A stretch of DNA of 64,000 nucleotides from Octopus sinensis (taxonomy: Eukaryota): positions 62,620,001 to 62,684,000 of the forward strand of contig NC_043006.1 in assembly GCF_006345805.1 (NCBI RefSeq), written 5' to 3'. Of this stretch, positions 40,526-53,369 are shown one piece after another (the first letter of the stretch is position 1; each line of letters begins with the position of its first letter). The notes below the pieces were generated by a model that worked only from the letters and a program-made list of their open reading frames with translations, ran no database searches and was not told the DNA's origin. The translations under genes and the position numbers were made by a program.

Positions 40526-40922
40526 GCAGGAGTGGCTGTGTGGTAAGTAGCTTGTTTACCAACCACATGGTCCCGGGTCAGTCTCACTGCGTGGCACTTG
40601 GGCAAGTGTCTTCTACTATAACTTGGGCCGACCAAAGCCTTGTGAGTGGATTTGGTAGACGGAAACTGAAAGAAGCCCGTCGTATATATGTATATATATT
40701 ATGCGTGTTGTGTGTTGTCTGTGTTTTTCCCCCTAGCATTGCTTGACAACCGATGCTGGTGTGTTTATGTCTCCGTTACTTTGTGTGTTCGGCAAAAGAG
40801 ACCGATAGAATAAGTACTGGGCTTACAAAAGAATAAGTCCCGGGGTCGAGTTGCTCGATTAAAGGCGGGCTCCAGCATGGCCGCAGTCAGATGACTGAAA
40901 CAAGTAAAAGAGTAAAAGAGTA
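40526..40922 (+). mobile_element. Major SINE, full-length, head-to-head with the previous copy
   Basis: Direct match; separated from the inverted copy only by ~25 bp of (TA)n. Confidence 0.9.
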
Positions 40923-41576
40923 ATATATATATATATCGTTGTAAAAATTGGCAAAAAACATACCTTTAGATCCTATAAGTAATTTTTACCAATCTATAAA
41001 TTTCAACTCTTAACTATCTCCTTACATTTCATTTCCACACTTTTAAACTGTATTCCCATTCATCTATCACACTATATTTTTCTCCTCATTCCCTCTCTCT
41101 AAATTACCTTTGACGTTAAATCTGTTAACGCTTTAGAAACAAATAACATGCTACCGTTCCCCTGCATCAAAAACACGGAAATCTCATTCAGTTAAAGTAG
41201 CTTATTGATGTATTCTGTTTCTTTTTTTCCTCTGGCGAGATGATTGCATTGTTTTCCATCATTTGTATTCCCTCCAGAACAATGCCAATGCTTTCTTCGA
41301 AACATATGTTGGTGTATGAATGATCCGAATAAAACTTGCGTTTTACTCCATGCTTTAATTTATCCATATTATTCATAAACTTTTCATTTAACCCTGGAAT
41401 TTCTATCTTTATAAGTAGGTTGTAATATCTTTGGCACTTCTGTAAATTTGTGCCACCCTGGTAACCATTTATTTGTTTTTCCTTGTTATTTGTACCCATT
41501 GAAAAATACTCATACATTTATATACACTTCTTCAATCAGATTTTCATATAACCTGCATATAAAATAGTTACTACAT

Positions 41577-43685
41577 ATGGAGTTATTTAATACAAACGCA
41601 TCTCTTAAGGATATACCCATTCCCCCCAAAACGGTTTCCCTTAAACTACTCATTAGTAAGACAATCTCCTTTATCAACTGTATTAGATGGCTTGCTTTCT
41701 TCTTCGACAATAAAGACATTAATCAACCTTCTAATGATCTGACTTCTGACTTCAGCAAATTGTTTAAATCTAAAAAAATCTTCCACCTAACGCAAGATTC
41801 AAACAGATTGAAGACGATCTCTGGTCTCTCGTGAGGAATGAGAAATTCCATCCGTCAACATTAAGAAATAAATAATCACCAAAGAAATTCACAACACTGA
41901 TGGGATATTGGTTCAATCTGAAAAAAACCAGGCAACATATAGAGAATTACCAAGGATTACTATCTAAAATTACTGAGGAAAGAAATACAAAAGAATTATA
42001 CGATTACTGGTAAAAATGCTATCAAGAAAGCCGACCCTGAGGCAAGAACACTGAACCTCTTGAACCCAAACAAACTCCTTTTATTTTAAAAGATCACAAA
42101 CCAATTTTTTTAATAGCCCAACCTTACGACTTATTTGTCCTTCTAGGTCAGATATCGGTGTACTTAGCAAAAATATTATAAATAAATATATTCCTTCCTT
42201 AGTGAAAAGAATTAAAGCTTAATTTACAGTCTAATTCGCTCCAAGTAGTCGGCTGATTTGATTCTATTAATAACAATAAGTGCACTAAGTTTATCTAGTT
42301 CGTCATTTCTAGTTACTATTTCTCTATTTATCAATAGTACTCATCGAAGCACGCTGGTTTGCACACAACAAAGCAGGTCTCGCCCGGGATGAAATTAATG
42401 TGGTGTTAGCGGCCAGAAAATCAATTATTAAATTTGAAAATAAGCTATGAGCCGTAACGACACGCCTGACATTTTAGATGTCAGGATGGGAAATTCTGAC
42501 TCAGCACAATTGGCCTTTTTCCGATATGTATATCCTTTATGAGATGGCTGACCAATTCCCAAATATCAATAGAGGTTTATATCGTGATGATTGTCTACTC
42601 TGCCCTCAAAATATTTCTAACCAAAAATTACAAAGGGTTAAAAATAGGTTGGTTAAATTTTTTTCTGAAACATGGGCTTGAATATCATCATCGAAAACGA
42701 TGATGATATAACTAAAGCCAACTTCTTGCATATTACCCTTAACTTATATAATGATTCATATTTCCCACGCCATAAACCCTCAACTAATTTAAAATATATT
42801 AGCTCTGTCAATAATCATCCAAAGATTATTACAAGGAACTTAGATAGAAATACTTCACTTACACTTTCTAGATTATCTGTTAATGTTGATATCTTCAACG
42901 ATAAAGCCGAATTTTATAACTCTGCTTTACTTAAAGCAGGCTATAAAGAAAAACTAACCTAAAAAACCCTATTGACACTAATCATGTCTTTATTAATCAG
43001 GATATGAACACACATCATAGCGGTAATAAGAATATAAATTTTAGTCGAATAACAACACTAAATCAAAAAATATAAATTTGCAGCGTAAGGGAGATAACCG
43101 TCCTTTATTTCCCTTTATACGTAATAAAAATAAGTCTAGGACCTTTAAAGATAATTACCCTAATAACAAGGTGTGTCTTAGTAAAATGGTTTGGCTGATC
43201 ATTCCATATGATATGTAGATCAAATCTAATCTACCTTACCAGTTTCGTAAGCTATAGGTAAGAATTCAAAAAAAATCCATATACCATTCCATTATGAATT
43301 CACACCGAATTAGGATAGGTTCTTCAAACACTAAAAACCTTTCACCAATCATTTCTTCGCATAACAATAAGTTGTTAAATACAAATCTATTTAATGAAAA
43401 TAATAATAGATATTATTAACGCTAACCATTCTTTGAACTATAATAACAGCAATATTAATATTTCCTATATAAATTCAAATCGTGTTCGTTTTCTTAGCAG
43501 TAATTCTGTGTTTATTATTGTAAAGTTACTTCCAGTTCTGACGTCTTTTTTATATTGGTAGGTCATCGTCTCAGTTGTCGAGCGGAATATCTAACCATTA
43601 CTCCACATTTAGACATATCAATAAGTGCAACAATACTGGGTTTAATAAATTAATTTGGTCTCTAAATGAGCATAATAAACAATTA
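41577..43685 (+). mobile_element. Penelope-like retroelement (RT plus GIY-YIG), pseudogenised
   Basis: FINCIRWLAFFF...PFILKDHKP...PTLRLICPSRSDIG...ARKSIIKFEN...DVRMGNSDSAQ...GLYRDDC...KANFLHITLNL...KPSTNLKYISSVNNHP...YNSALLKAGY...NHYSTFRHINKCNNTG. This is a PLE RT and endonuclease with many stops and frameshifts. Confidence 0.88.
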
Positions 43686-43703
43686 TGTATCTGTGCTTTT
43701 GTG

Positions 43704-43746
<43 letters not shown>

Positions 43747-43949
43747 GTGCGTGTGTGTGTGGAGGTGGGTGTTTAATGTTTATAGCTATACATGTATCAT
43801 GCATGCCTGTATGTATATATGCATGTCTGTCGTTATTCAGTTTTATGTTAAAATTTCTTGGCACTAGAGATAGAGTCAGTTCCTAACCTAGATCGAAGGG
43901 TCCTTCAATAGAATTCCAACAACATCAACAGGGTATTCTTTTATATATG

Positions 43950-44400
43950 TATGTATGTATGTCATTATCCAGTTTTATTTCAATATTTCTTGCCAATAGA
44001 GAAAGATCCGGTTTCTAACCGAGATCCAAGGTTCCTTCATTAGAATTTCAACAACATCAGGGTATGTATGTATATATGTATGTATATATGTATGTATGTA
44101 TGCATGTATGTATATATGTTTGTGCAGATTTTATGTTTCATGTATGTATTCTCATGCATATATTTGCATATCTAGACATGCTCATATATATTTAAATAAT
44201 TAGCTTCTGGAAAGTTTTACAGATTTTTACAGTTCCAGTAATGGATTGGATCTGTAGTCTCCGAATTAGCTTTCTCCTTTCTGGCTTTGAGAAGCCTAAT
44301 TTCTTAAGATTGATTTTCAGACAGTGCTTTTCATATCCCAGGACCCCAGTAATTACAGGTATAAACCTGAACTTGTAATCCGTATAGAGTAACTGCTGTA
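43950..44400 (-). mobile_element. R4/Dong-type (RLE) LINE 3' end, nested copy B
   Basis: DYKFRFIPVITGVLGYEKHCLKINLKKLGFSKPERRKLIRRLQIQSITGTVKICKTFQK, followed by a 3' UTR with (CATA)n and the terminal segment. Confidence 0.75.
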
Positions 44401-44404
44401 CCTA

Positions 44405-45030
44405 CCTATGTATGTATGTATGTATACATGCAGATTTCTATGTTTTGTTTTGTGTATGTCTTTTCATGCAACACATACATATCTAGACATTGTCATATAT
44501 ACTTAAATGATAAATTTCTGGAAATTTATACAGGTTTTTACTGCTCCACTGATTTTGTAGTGTTCGAATTAGTTTTCTCCTTGTTCGTTTTGAGAACCTA
44601 ATTTCTCAAGATTTGTTATTTAGGCAATGTGTCACCTGAACTTGTATTCTGGCTGCAGTAACAGCAGATTTCTCAATAGTTAGCGTAGCTATTTTCTCTT
44701 TCACTGATCCTTAGTTTTATGACAACATCCGCTGGGCAGCTGATTTCCACAATTGTACACAGTTTTTCTTCTCATCCCAAATCATTAAATCAGGTTTATT
44801 GTGTCAACATTTTGAGATTTTCACTGAGTCATTCCACCAGAACTTCTTTTTATTATGAGTGGCTATGGCTTCTATCATATTGTAAGTTTTCATTTTTTTC
44901 TCCTCGGGGTTATCCTTGCGACGGATTTCATTATAAAGTGTCCCAGATACAACATCACATCCCATCGCCATATATAACTGTGATGACATTTTAGGACAAT
45001 TGCTTATGATACCGGTTGTCACATTTTATT
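44405..45030 (-). mobile_element. R4/Dong-type (RLE) LINE 3' portion, copy C; its terminal segment probably lies at 43835-43935
   Basis: IISNCPKMSS (zinc-knuckle remnant)...LYNEIRRKD...HNKPDLMIWD.EEKLCTIVEISCPAD (PD..E restriction-like endonuclease motif)...PEYKFR. Confidence 0.8.
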
Positions 45031-45391
45031 GCTTTGTTTTGCATATGTATGTGTGTTGTTTATACTCCACTTTTCGTCTTTTGTTTTTTGGGTTTTTTTG
45101 CAAATTCCAAGTATATATGTATATTCATACATACATAATACATAATACATACATACATACGAACTAAAAGCAGACTAAGGGCCAAGTTCCCTGTTCCACT
45201 ATTTTGCCGAATATGAAGTGGTCTAAGGGAGGTAAGCCGTTCTCACCGACCCGCATTGCTAATTGTATGTAAGACTAGTGCTTATTCTATCGGTCCCCTT
45301 TGCCGAACCTCTAAGTTACAGGGACCTAAACACACCAACCACGGTAGTCAAGCGATAGTGGTGGGGAACAAACACAGACGCTCAACACATA

Positions 45392-45445
<54 letters not shown>

Positions 45446-45449
<4 letters not shown>

Positions 45450-45689
45450 CTGATCACGTGACCGACCAGACCATCAGATGTTGTTACACATTGCTGGTCA
45501 CAATGCATTCGCATTGTTTTAGCCTTCGAATGACGCCACCCCGCTGGCTAAGCGAGCAGGCCAAGAGAAGAAAGAGTGGGAGAAAGAGTGGTGAAAGAGT
45601 ACAGCAGGGATCACCACCCCTCGTGGAGCTTTTAGGTGTTTTCGCTCAATAAACACTGGGAATCGAAACCGCGAGTCCGCTACCCTAAC

Positions 45690-45692
<3 letters not shown>
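45446..45692 (-). mobile_element. Third tRNA-derived SINE family (internally deleted copy)
   Basis: Minus strand gtggttagggtagcggactcgcggtttcgattccc (A/B boxes), body, and tail ...ggtcacgtgatcaggtgat; flanked by (TA)n. Confidence 0.7.
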
Positions 45693-45771
<79 letters not shown>

Positions 45772-46419
45772 TATGTTGGTGACGTGGGAAGAGAAGAGAG
45801 AGAAAAAAGAAGCAGAGAAATATATATAGAAAGTGCTAAACATAAAGAAACCCTCATCGACTATTTTATAATCACGTCAAAGTAAACCGCCAATCTATAT
45901 AAACTTTACGGGAATTAATAATTTATTGTGAATCTTACCCCTATCAATACTAGTATATATTACCATTTATTATGACAAACATAAGTTAACAATATTTAAA
46001 CAGTAAAACAAACCTCTAAATATGTTATAAATTTATAGTTTTAACTAGTAAATGAAACTATTTAGCACAATTAACAAAGGAAGAATACTTATCTGCATGT
46101 TTACTCCTTTAACCTGTGCAAATGGCTGCACCTTCTGTCCTGCGCAATATGGAGGAAATACACTACTCTAAAAAAGTCTAATAAAAAGACTAATATCATT
46201 TGAGAGGTTGAATATAAGGGGATATAATAATAAGATACTCTTGTCTATAGGTATAATTGGATTATTTTCAGCGTTATAGATTTAGAGATTTATTTTATTT
46301 AATATGTGGCATATTTAATCCTTTTTAAGGTAATATTCTTTACGTTTTTTCTTCGCTTTAGGTATATCCGTATATAATACTTTTATATAATTCTATTAAA
46401 AACTACATTTAATTATATT

Positions 46420-47220
46420 CCTCATTAATTGTTTAAGAGATTACATACTGGGTGGGGGGTGGTATCTTTTCGTATATTTTTCATTTTATTATATGTAAAG
46501 ATATTTTTGTGTCGGCATTTTATTCCCCTCTCATCTGTACTGTCCAGTAATACTTCTTTGGACTGGAGAATTTTCATAAACTCAGCAGTGCGTAACAAGC
46601 ACATTTTACTACCTATTCTATATGACTTCGCTCTACTAATGCTATTCCAATTCAGGGCGTACTCTATTTTTTCAGATTTCAATTCCCAAATATATTCACT
46701 TAGACCTGTCGAATTAATTTGCGATTTTAAATGATTGATAGTGCTGGGAAATTCTTCTTATAATTTCATTCGCTACGGATCCTATATATTATTTTTCTTC
46801 TTATTATTATTATTAAAGGTTGCAGTACATTTATAAATTACATTATCTATGTTGCAATTATTATTAGCCTATATTTTGATTTATCTTTACATGTGTATTT
46901 ATTTAGTATAAGGTTATGTTTTTGTTTGTTATATTTCTTCCGTTGCTATTATTAATATTAGTTTAATTGTTATTATAGAATTTATTAATTTGACGTTGAT
47001 TATAGAGGATATAATATTACTAACGTTTCTTGTTGTCGAATATCCCACTCAGATAGTTGTTTTTGAAAATATCTTCGAATACTCTTTATTCATTTTAAAA
47101 GATATTTTAATTATGTTCAGAATTTCTTTAATTAAGTTAGTTTTGATTTTATCCCATAAGGGATAATTAACCATATTACTTCCTTATGTTTTTATTTTTA
47201 ATATTAATTTTATTATAATT
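46420..47220 (-). mobile_element. Penelope-like element 3' relic (linker plus GIY-YIG C-terminus)
   Basis: VIWLIIPLWDKIKTNLIKEILNIIK...KIFSKTTI*VGYSTTRNVSNIISS...SEYIWELKSEKIEYALNWNSISRAKSYRIGSKMCLLRTAEFMKIL...KCRHKN. Confidence 0.82.
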
Positions 47221-47541
47221 CATCTTATTATGGCACCTGATGAAGCCTGGAGGGTATATCAGCCGAAATGGGGAAAAAATAGAATCGTTATTTATTAAGA
47301 GATTCTACGACTATGAATTTTAGTCAAAGAAAGAGTCATCTTCAAAACTTCCTTAATTTTCTTAATCCCTTTTAAACTTCAATTTTATTAGAAAGTTTTT
47401 TTTCGTTTTAAATCTGACCATTTGTAATTACTAATCTTAAAATTGTGCCTTGGCAATAAATTTAACACACGCTCGTACAAGATACAAAAATAATCATTGT
47501 GCATTCATTTCTATAATAATAATAACAACAACAACAACAAC

Positions 47542-47577
<36 letters not shown>

Positions 47578-47731
47578 ATGTACAAAATCAAATATATGGC
47601 ACCCAAGGCATAACACCAACATGAACTTCTAACTTGTATCTCGAGGTCTCTGATTGAGACTTGGAGCCAACTTGTACAAATGTAAAGCAAAAGTCAAATA
47701 TAAAATGGCAATAATAATAATAATAATAATA

Positions 47732-47797
<66 letters not shown>

Positions 47798-47959
47798 AGA
47801 TGATGATGATGATGATTTCTTTTACTTATGACCACAGCGAAGGATGAGGGGGACAAAACAAGACAGACATAATGTTTGGGTTTTACATATGGTTGAATTA
47901 TTATTATTTTTTTAATGTATATACTGTATACATTAGAATAAGTGAAGTATACATAGTAT

Positions 47960-49780
47960 ACGACACTAGAAAAAAGCCACAGTGATGGAGTCCCAGTGAT
48001 ACAGAGGGATAGTCGAAGAACCCCACCATCCAAGATCGCCCTGAATACAGAGGACGAGTGCCCTGTCCAACTCCTTTATTCTGACTCACATGTCTACACT
48101 GGGAGTGGTATCATCCACGCTTGCCATTTTCGCAACTTTCACCCACCTTTTCATAACCTCCCTTTCCACACTCACTTTCACGGACAACTTCTAATCCACC
48201 TGGAAGTCGTTAATCCTGGCCCTTGTAACCGGCTCTTATTTCTTTACAATGAAGCCGAGCGTCTCCGCTTTGGAGACGTCCGACACCATGACGGTGACTT
48301 CGTCCGCGTTCCTAATCTCGCAGCAGTGACTCGAGAGACGACACATACAGAAGCAGAAGAGGTGACGGCGGGCAGCCCTCACAGACCGAACATGCAATAC
48401 TAATTGATTCCGAAAGGTGACCATTTACTTTGACCGATGTGTAGGTACTGCTGTGCATTACAGCGATCCAGCCTCTGAATATGTGTACAAAACAGGCTAC
48501 TTTAAAGAGGACTTCCAAGTAGAGATGGTCTACCATATCTAAAGCTTTCTACTGATCTAAGTTGATCAGGGCCCATCGAAGCCAGCTTTAGTCCCAGTCC
48601 TCTCTAAGATGTATCGCATAAGGTGGAGAGTGTCGTGGATAGACCTGCTCGGGATTGCGCACGTTTATGCCTCCCCGACCAACATTTTTGCTAATACCTT
48701 GGCCAAAATCTGTCTAGCAAAGTTATAGGCCGAAAATTCCCTAGCACGTCCCTATATTCAGCGTCCTTTCACGACAATGTTACCACACCCCGACTAATAG
48801 CACTAGAAATTCCCCCGTTCTGCTTCCACCTACAGTAGACATCTGCCAAGAGGCTGCCAAACAAATCTGGCATGAAAACATAGAATTCAAAGAGCAGACC
48901 ATCTAAATCGCCCGATTTGTATCTTTTGCAACTGCTGTAATCGCAAAATCTCGCATCCGTTACCGAGAACCGTGGTGGGCTCTCTAGTTACCGAGTAAAG
49001 CCCGCTACCATGGTCGACCCATCACCCTACCCAAACATCCACATAAAGTGCTAAGGGAAAGCTGAACACATCAGCTCAGAACCGAATAGCACGCATGGTT
49101 TTGTTTCCACGCAGCGTCTCTACGGCTTTATTTCCTTCGTGTTTTAGCGCACAGGCGTTAGCATTGACAAGACAATCTTCGTATTTCGCCCCGGCGAAAT
49201 GGGCAAGGAACATTCACGCCACTGACACATCGGTTGTGGTACCTTTACTAACAGCCTCTTCTAGTTTTCTAACTAGTTCTCCCTCCAGTCTATTTCTTTC
49301 TATTGCTAAATGTTTTCTAAATGCTATCGATTCGTGTCTAATCGCTCTCTTTAGAGCGACTGGTTGTTGACAATTGCCCCGTCATCTTCCGCTTCACTAC
49401 TTCGCTAATCTGGTCCCTGTTGTCGTTGCGAGCTGGTAAGGACGCATTCAACTACCAGTAACCGGGTCCCTGTCTACGGCTCCTATTTAAATTTGACTGG
49501 GCATATCACAAAGTTGTCATATGTGTAGCCGACCAATTTAAATTGTGGACAACCTATGCTATCCCTATCATCTAATCTAAAATATCCTGTATCTAAATAC
49601 GATCTGGAAGACTCGCTCTGGATGCTCCATGTCTACACTGGCACATCACTGGAAAATCTAGTCTGTGCCCATCAGAAAGCTTGAAAGTCCTAATCAGGTT
49701 TTCAAGTGTTTTCCACTCCCTTCTGCTATGTACTCAACTCACACAATCCTTCCGTGCAACCAAAACACTATTCCAGTCCC
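47960..49780 (-). mobile_element. Tx1/L1-group LINE relic (end of APE endonuclease, linker, RT)
   Basis: GDWNSVL (APE), GPGYW*LNASL (L1/Tx1 linker), ALINLDQ*KAFDMVDHLYL...VKVNGHLSESISIACSVCEGCPPSPLL...NADEVTVMVSD (YADD-like). Confidence 0.85.
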
Positions 49781-49785
49781 CCACA

Positions 49786-49877
<92 letters not shown>

Positions 49878-51324
49878 TAATAATAAATCCTGCCAGAATT
49901 TTCCTTTGGTGACCTCAACACGTAAATTAAGTGCAATAAAATGTGAATTAGCGAAATATTTAATTCAAAGTGCGAAATTAACAATGCCAAGCTACATCTC
50001 ATCCAATGATATGACGAGAGAAAAATCAATTAGCAATTGTATTCGCTAATTCTATTGAAGCTGTTGATGTTACTGCTGCCACCTACCGAATAAGCTAATC
50101 TTTCTGGCAACAATTCAGGTCGTAGATTTCACACCAAGATTTCAAATGTAGGTTAACTCTTCCATTATTTTACTTTATTGCCTTCTCTTTGTTACTCATC
50201 ACAATTCTTAAATATATCAAAGCTAATCGGTAACGGCATGTTGTTATCTGTACCTAAGAAGGATAGTTAATATTTCTTGGTGTTATATATATATATATGT
50301 GTGTGTGTGTGTGCATGTATGCGCACACACACACCTATATATATACACACACATATATATATACATGAATACATGAGTACATGCAATTGTGTATGTATAT
50401 ATATATGCATGTATATTGGTAGTATATATGTGCATGTATGTGTGTGTGTGTCTGTGTGTGTTTGTCCGTGAGTGAACACGTCATTCTCTACATAATCATT
50501 CATCTTGTTAGAAGTAGCAATCATATTCTCGTTTATTTAAACCCATAAAATAGACTAAATATTCTCTGTGTAAGTATGCCTCATCTGCATAAAATCCAAT
50601 ACGAGTGCGCAGGAAAGCATCTTATTACGGGTCGCTTCTATTATAATGAAAAGTATTGTAATTAGATCTCCACCGGGGTGTTGTATATTTCCTTAAAATA
50701 GGTTTGTATCAAGGTACTATGCGTACTCAAAATTATGCATGCAAAATGAACATGGAGACAATATTTCAGATAGTAAATGATAACAAAATGAGAAAATGTG
50801 ACTTGCAATGATTTGTTTTCCAACTAAATTCGAAGGAATTGTATAACAGATTATTTCGATTTCAATATTTACTTTGAGGCCTCTCTATTTATATTGATAG
50901 GTTTTAAAATGTGGATGCAGTGCGTGAAATAACGTGACCAAATGACGTCACCAAATAAAATATGTTATACCAACAGTTCCAAGTTTCCAAAAAGTATGTA
51001 ATGCTTAGATGCAATAGGCATATATATTCCAATATGCGTTTCAGTAGTTCAGCAATTTATGTACATGAAACAATGACGTAATCAGTTTAACAATCGCTTC
51101 TACATCATTATAAAGCATATTCTTTCTTAGTATAGGAAGCGTGGTCTATTGCCATAAAGATCGTAACAGTGATGTAAATCTAGCACATGATTTTTTTCCT
51201 TCTTTCATATTTAATATATTACATTTTGTGAATGATAAATATTACTGTCCTCATGGGTGCTTCAGGGCATTTTATTTGAGGACGTTTAAATTGTATACCT
51301 ACTAGATGTATTAGTGTTTCGCAG

Positions 51325-51357
51325 CATAATAGTATACTGGATAAGTCAGCATTTCAG
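51325..51357 (+). CDS. Candidate 33-nt exon HNSILDKSAFQ
   Basis: Acceptor tagtgtttcgcag| and donor cag|gtacgc; symmetric phase 0. Confidence 0.25.
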
Positions 51358-52431
51358 GTACGCATGTAATTTCAGCTTTATGTAACAACTTGTTAATCTC
51401 TGATTCGTGATTGTCACTTTCTGGCCCTTGTTATTTGGCCAGTGCAAGACATATATCACTTCATCCAATTACACTTTCACATGTCACATAAATGTATTTT
51501 CATTAACTGCAATGTATTTCTGTCTCATTACGGGTGCAATGAGGATCGTTTCCACCGATTATATACGCGAGTCTTCCTGACCACTTTCTTTGACAAAGGG
51601 CAAGATTGCGCTAAAACATTGTCGACATCTGAACTTAAAACATAGTTGAAAGAAATTGGTTCATAGAATGTATTTACTTTAATAAATACCCCCTATGCAA
51701 CCTAACATTTTGCGTGTCACTTAACAGTTTACTTATTACTATATTGGTTTGTTCATATCTCTTCGCAGTCACAATTTAAATGCCCACGGAGTCGATTTTG
51801 TTTCTCATAACTTAACTGTCTATGCAGATAGTATTAAAATATTAGTTTGTAATATACAAATATGTTTTATTTAAATAATGCATAGTTGAAACTGAATAAG
51901 TTAATCACAGCAGATAGCTTTAAGTTATCGAATCAGAAGAGATACATGACGTTGCCAACATCGAAATGATCTCAATTCTAAAACTAAATGTATCTAACAA
52001 ATTATAGTACGACATTTTGTTCTCGACTTCGCCAATCCTGTGCATCACCTCACTCCACCAATTGATGCACTCGAAAAATTTACTAAAAGTGGACTAATTT
52101 ATGACAACTTCTTGCATGTCAGAGAATTGTAGACTTGAGCTAATTTTAGACAAAAATATCAATCGTTTATTGTTTAAAGTTTTGAAAAACGAAACTGACC
52201 CGGAAAAATGATACTGCATAAATTTGACTCCTTTTCCGTTCTTAATTGAATCCCAACGCCTTCGACATTTCATTAGTGCGCTGTTGATAAATTAAGAAAT
52301 CGGCTCTGTACTGATAAGCAATTCTTAGAAGATATGTAACGTTCATTGTTTATATCGCTAGTGTGATGTAAATATCAGCTCCTGGATAAAGAAACTTCAG
52401 AACATCTAATGGGCTTCATAAATAACACGAC

Positions 52432-52589
<158 letters not shown>

Positions 52590-53369
52590 CATGTGTGCGC
52601 GCACTTCCATGAACTAATACGTTCATGGAAGTAATCTCCTACTCTGGGTGATATATTGATTATTAGCAAAAATTGTAATCAGACCAGCAATATTACAAGG
52701 ATGAATATTGAAATGTATCGAAGCATTTGTTGTTGCTCGGGAAATAAAAGCAAAATAAATAAAATCATATTAACAATATTTTAGAATATTTTTCAATGAT
52801 TTCTAATTTGGTTTCTAAATATTCCTTCTGTTCCTACTGAAAGCAAATATTTTCTGAGTGATTATAAAAATTCTTTTTATCACTAGCATGTTCCTTTTTC
52901 GTTCTTTTGAAATCAAATGATGAATTTGATTGCAGGGAGGTAAGATAAAATATCTTTCGTAATAAATTGTAGAGAATCAAAAAATAGCAAATGTCTCTCT
53001 TCAAAATACTCTATAGATACGCTTTTCTACGTGACTGGGTTTATATTATAAGCATATGTTACTATTCAGCACAGGGTACCCCGAATACGCAGTTGTCGAA
53101 CATTTCATGATCGAAAAGCTCATATGCAGGATAGATCCAGAAAATAAAGAGACGTCCAGTTCATTGAATGCTTACACCTCAAGGTGTCCCAGTTTACAGT
53201 CCTATAATACCCGCATAAGTGTGTGAGTGTGTGTGTGTGTGTGTGTGTGCGTGTGCCCGTGCACGTGTGCGTATGTCTATGAGTTTGTGTGTGTCTGTGT
53301 GTGTGAGTGCGCGTGCTCGTGCGGGCGTGTATGTTTGTGTGGGTGTGTATGTATTTTAAGACCCACGCT

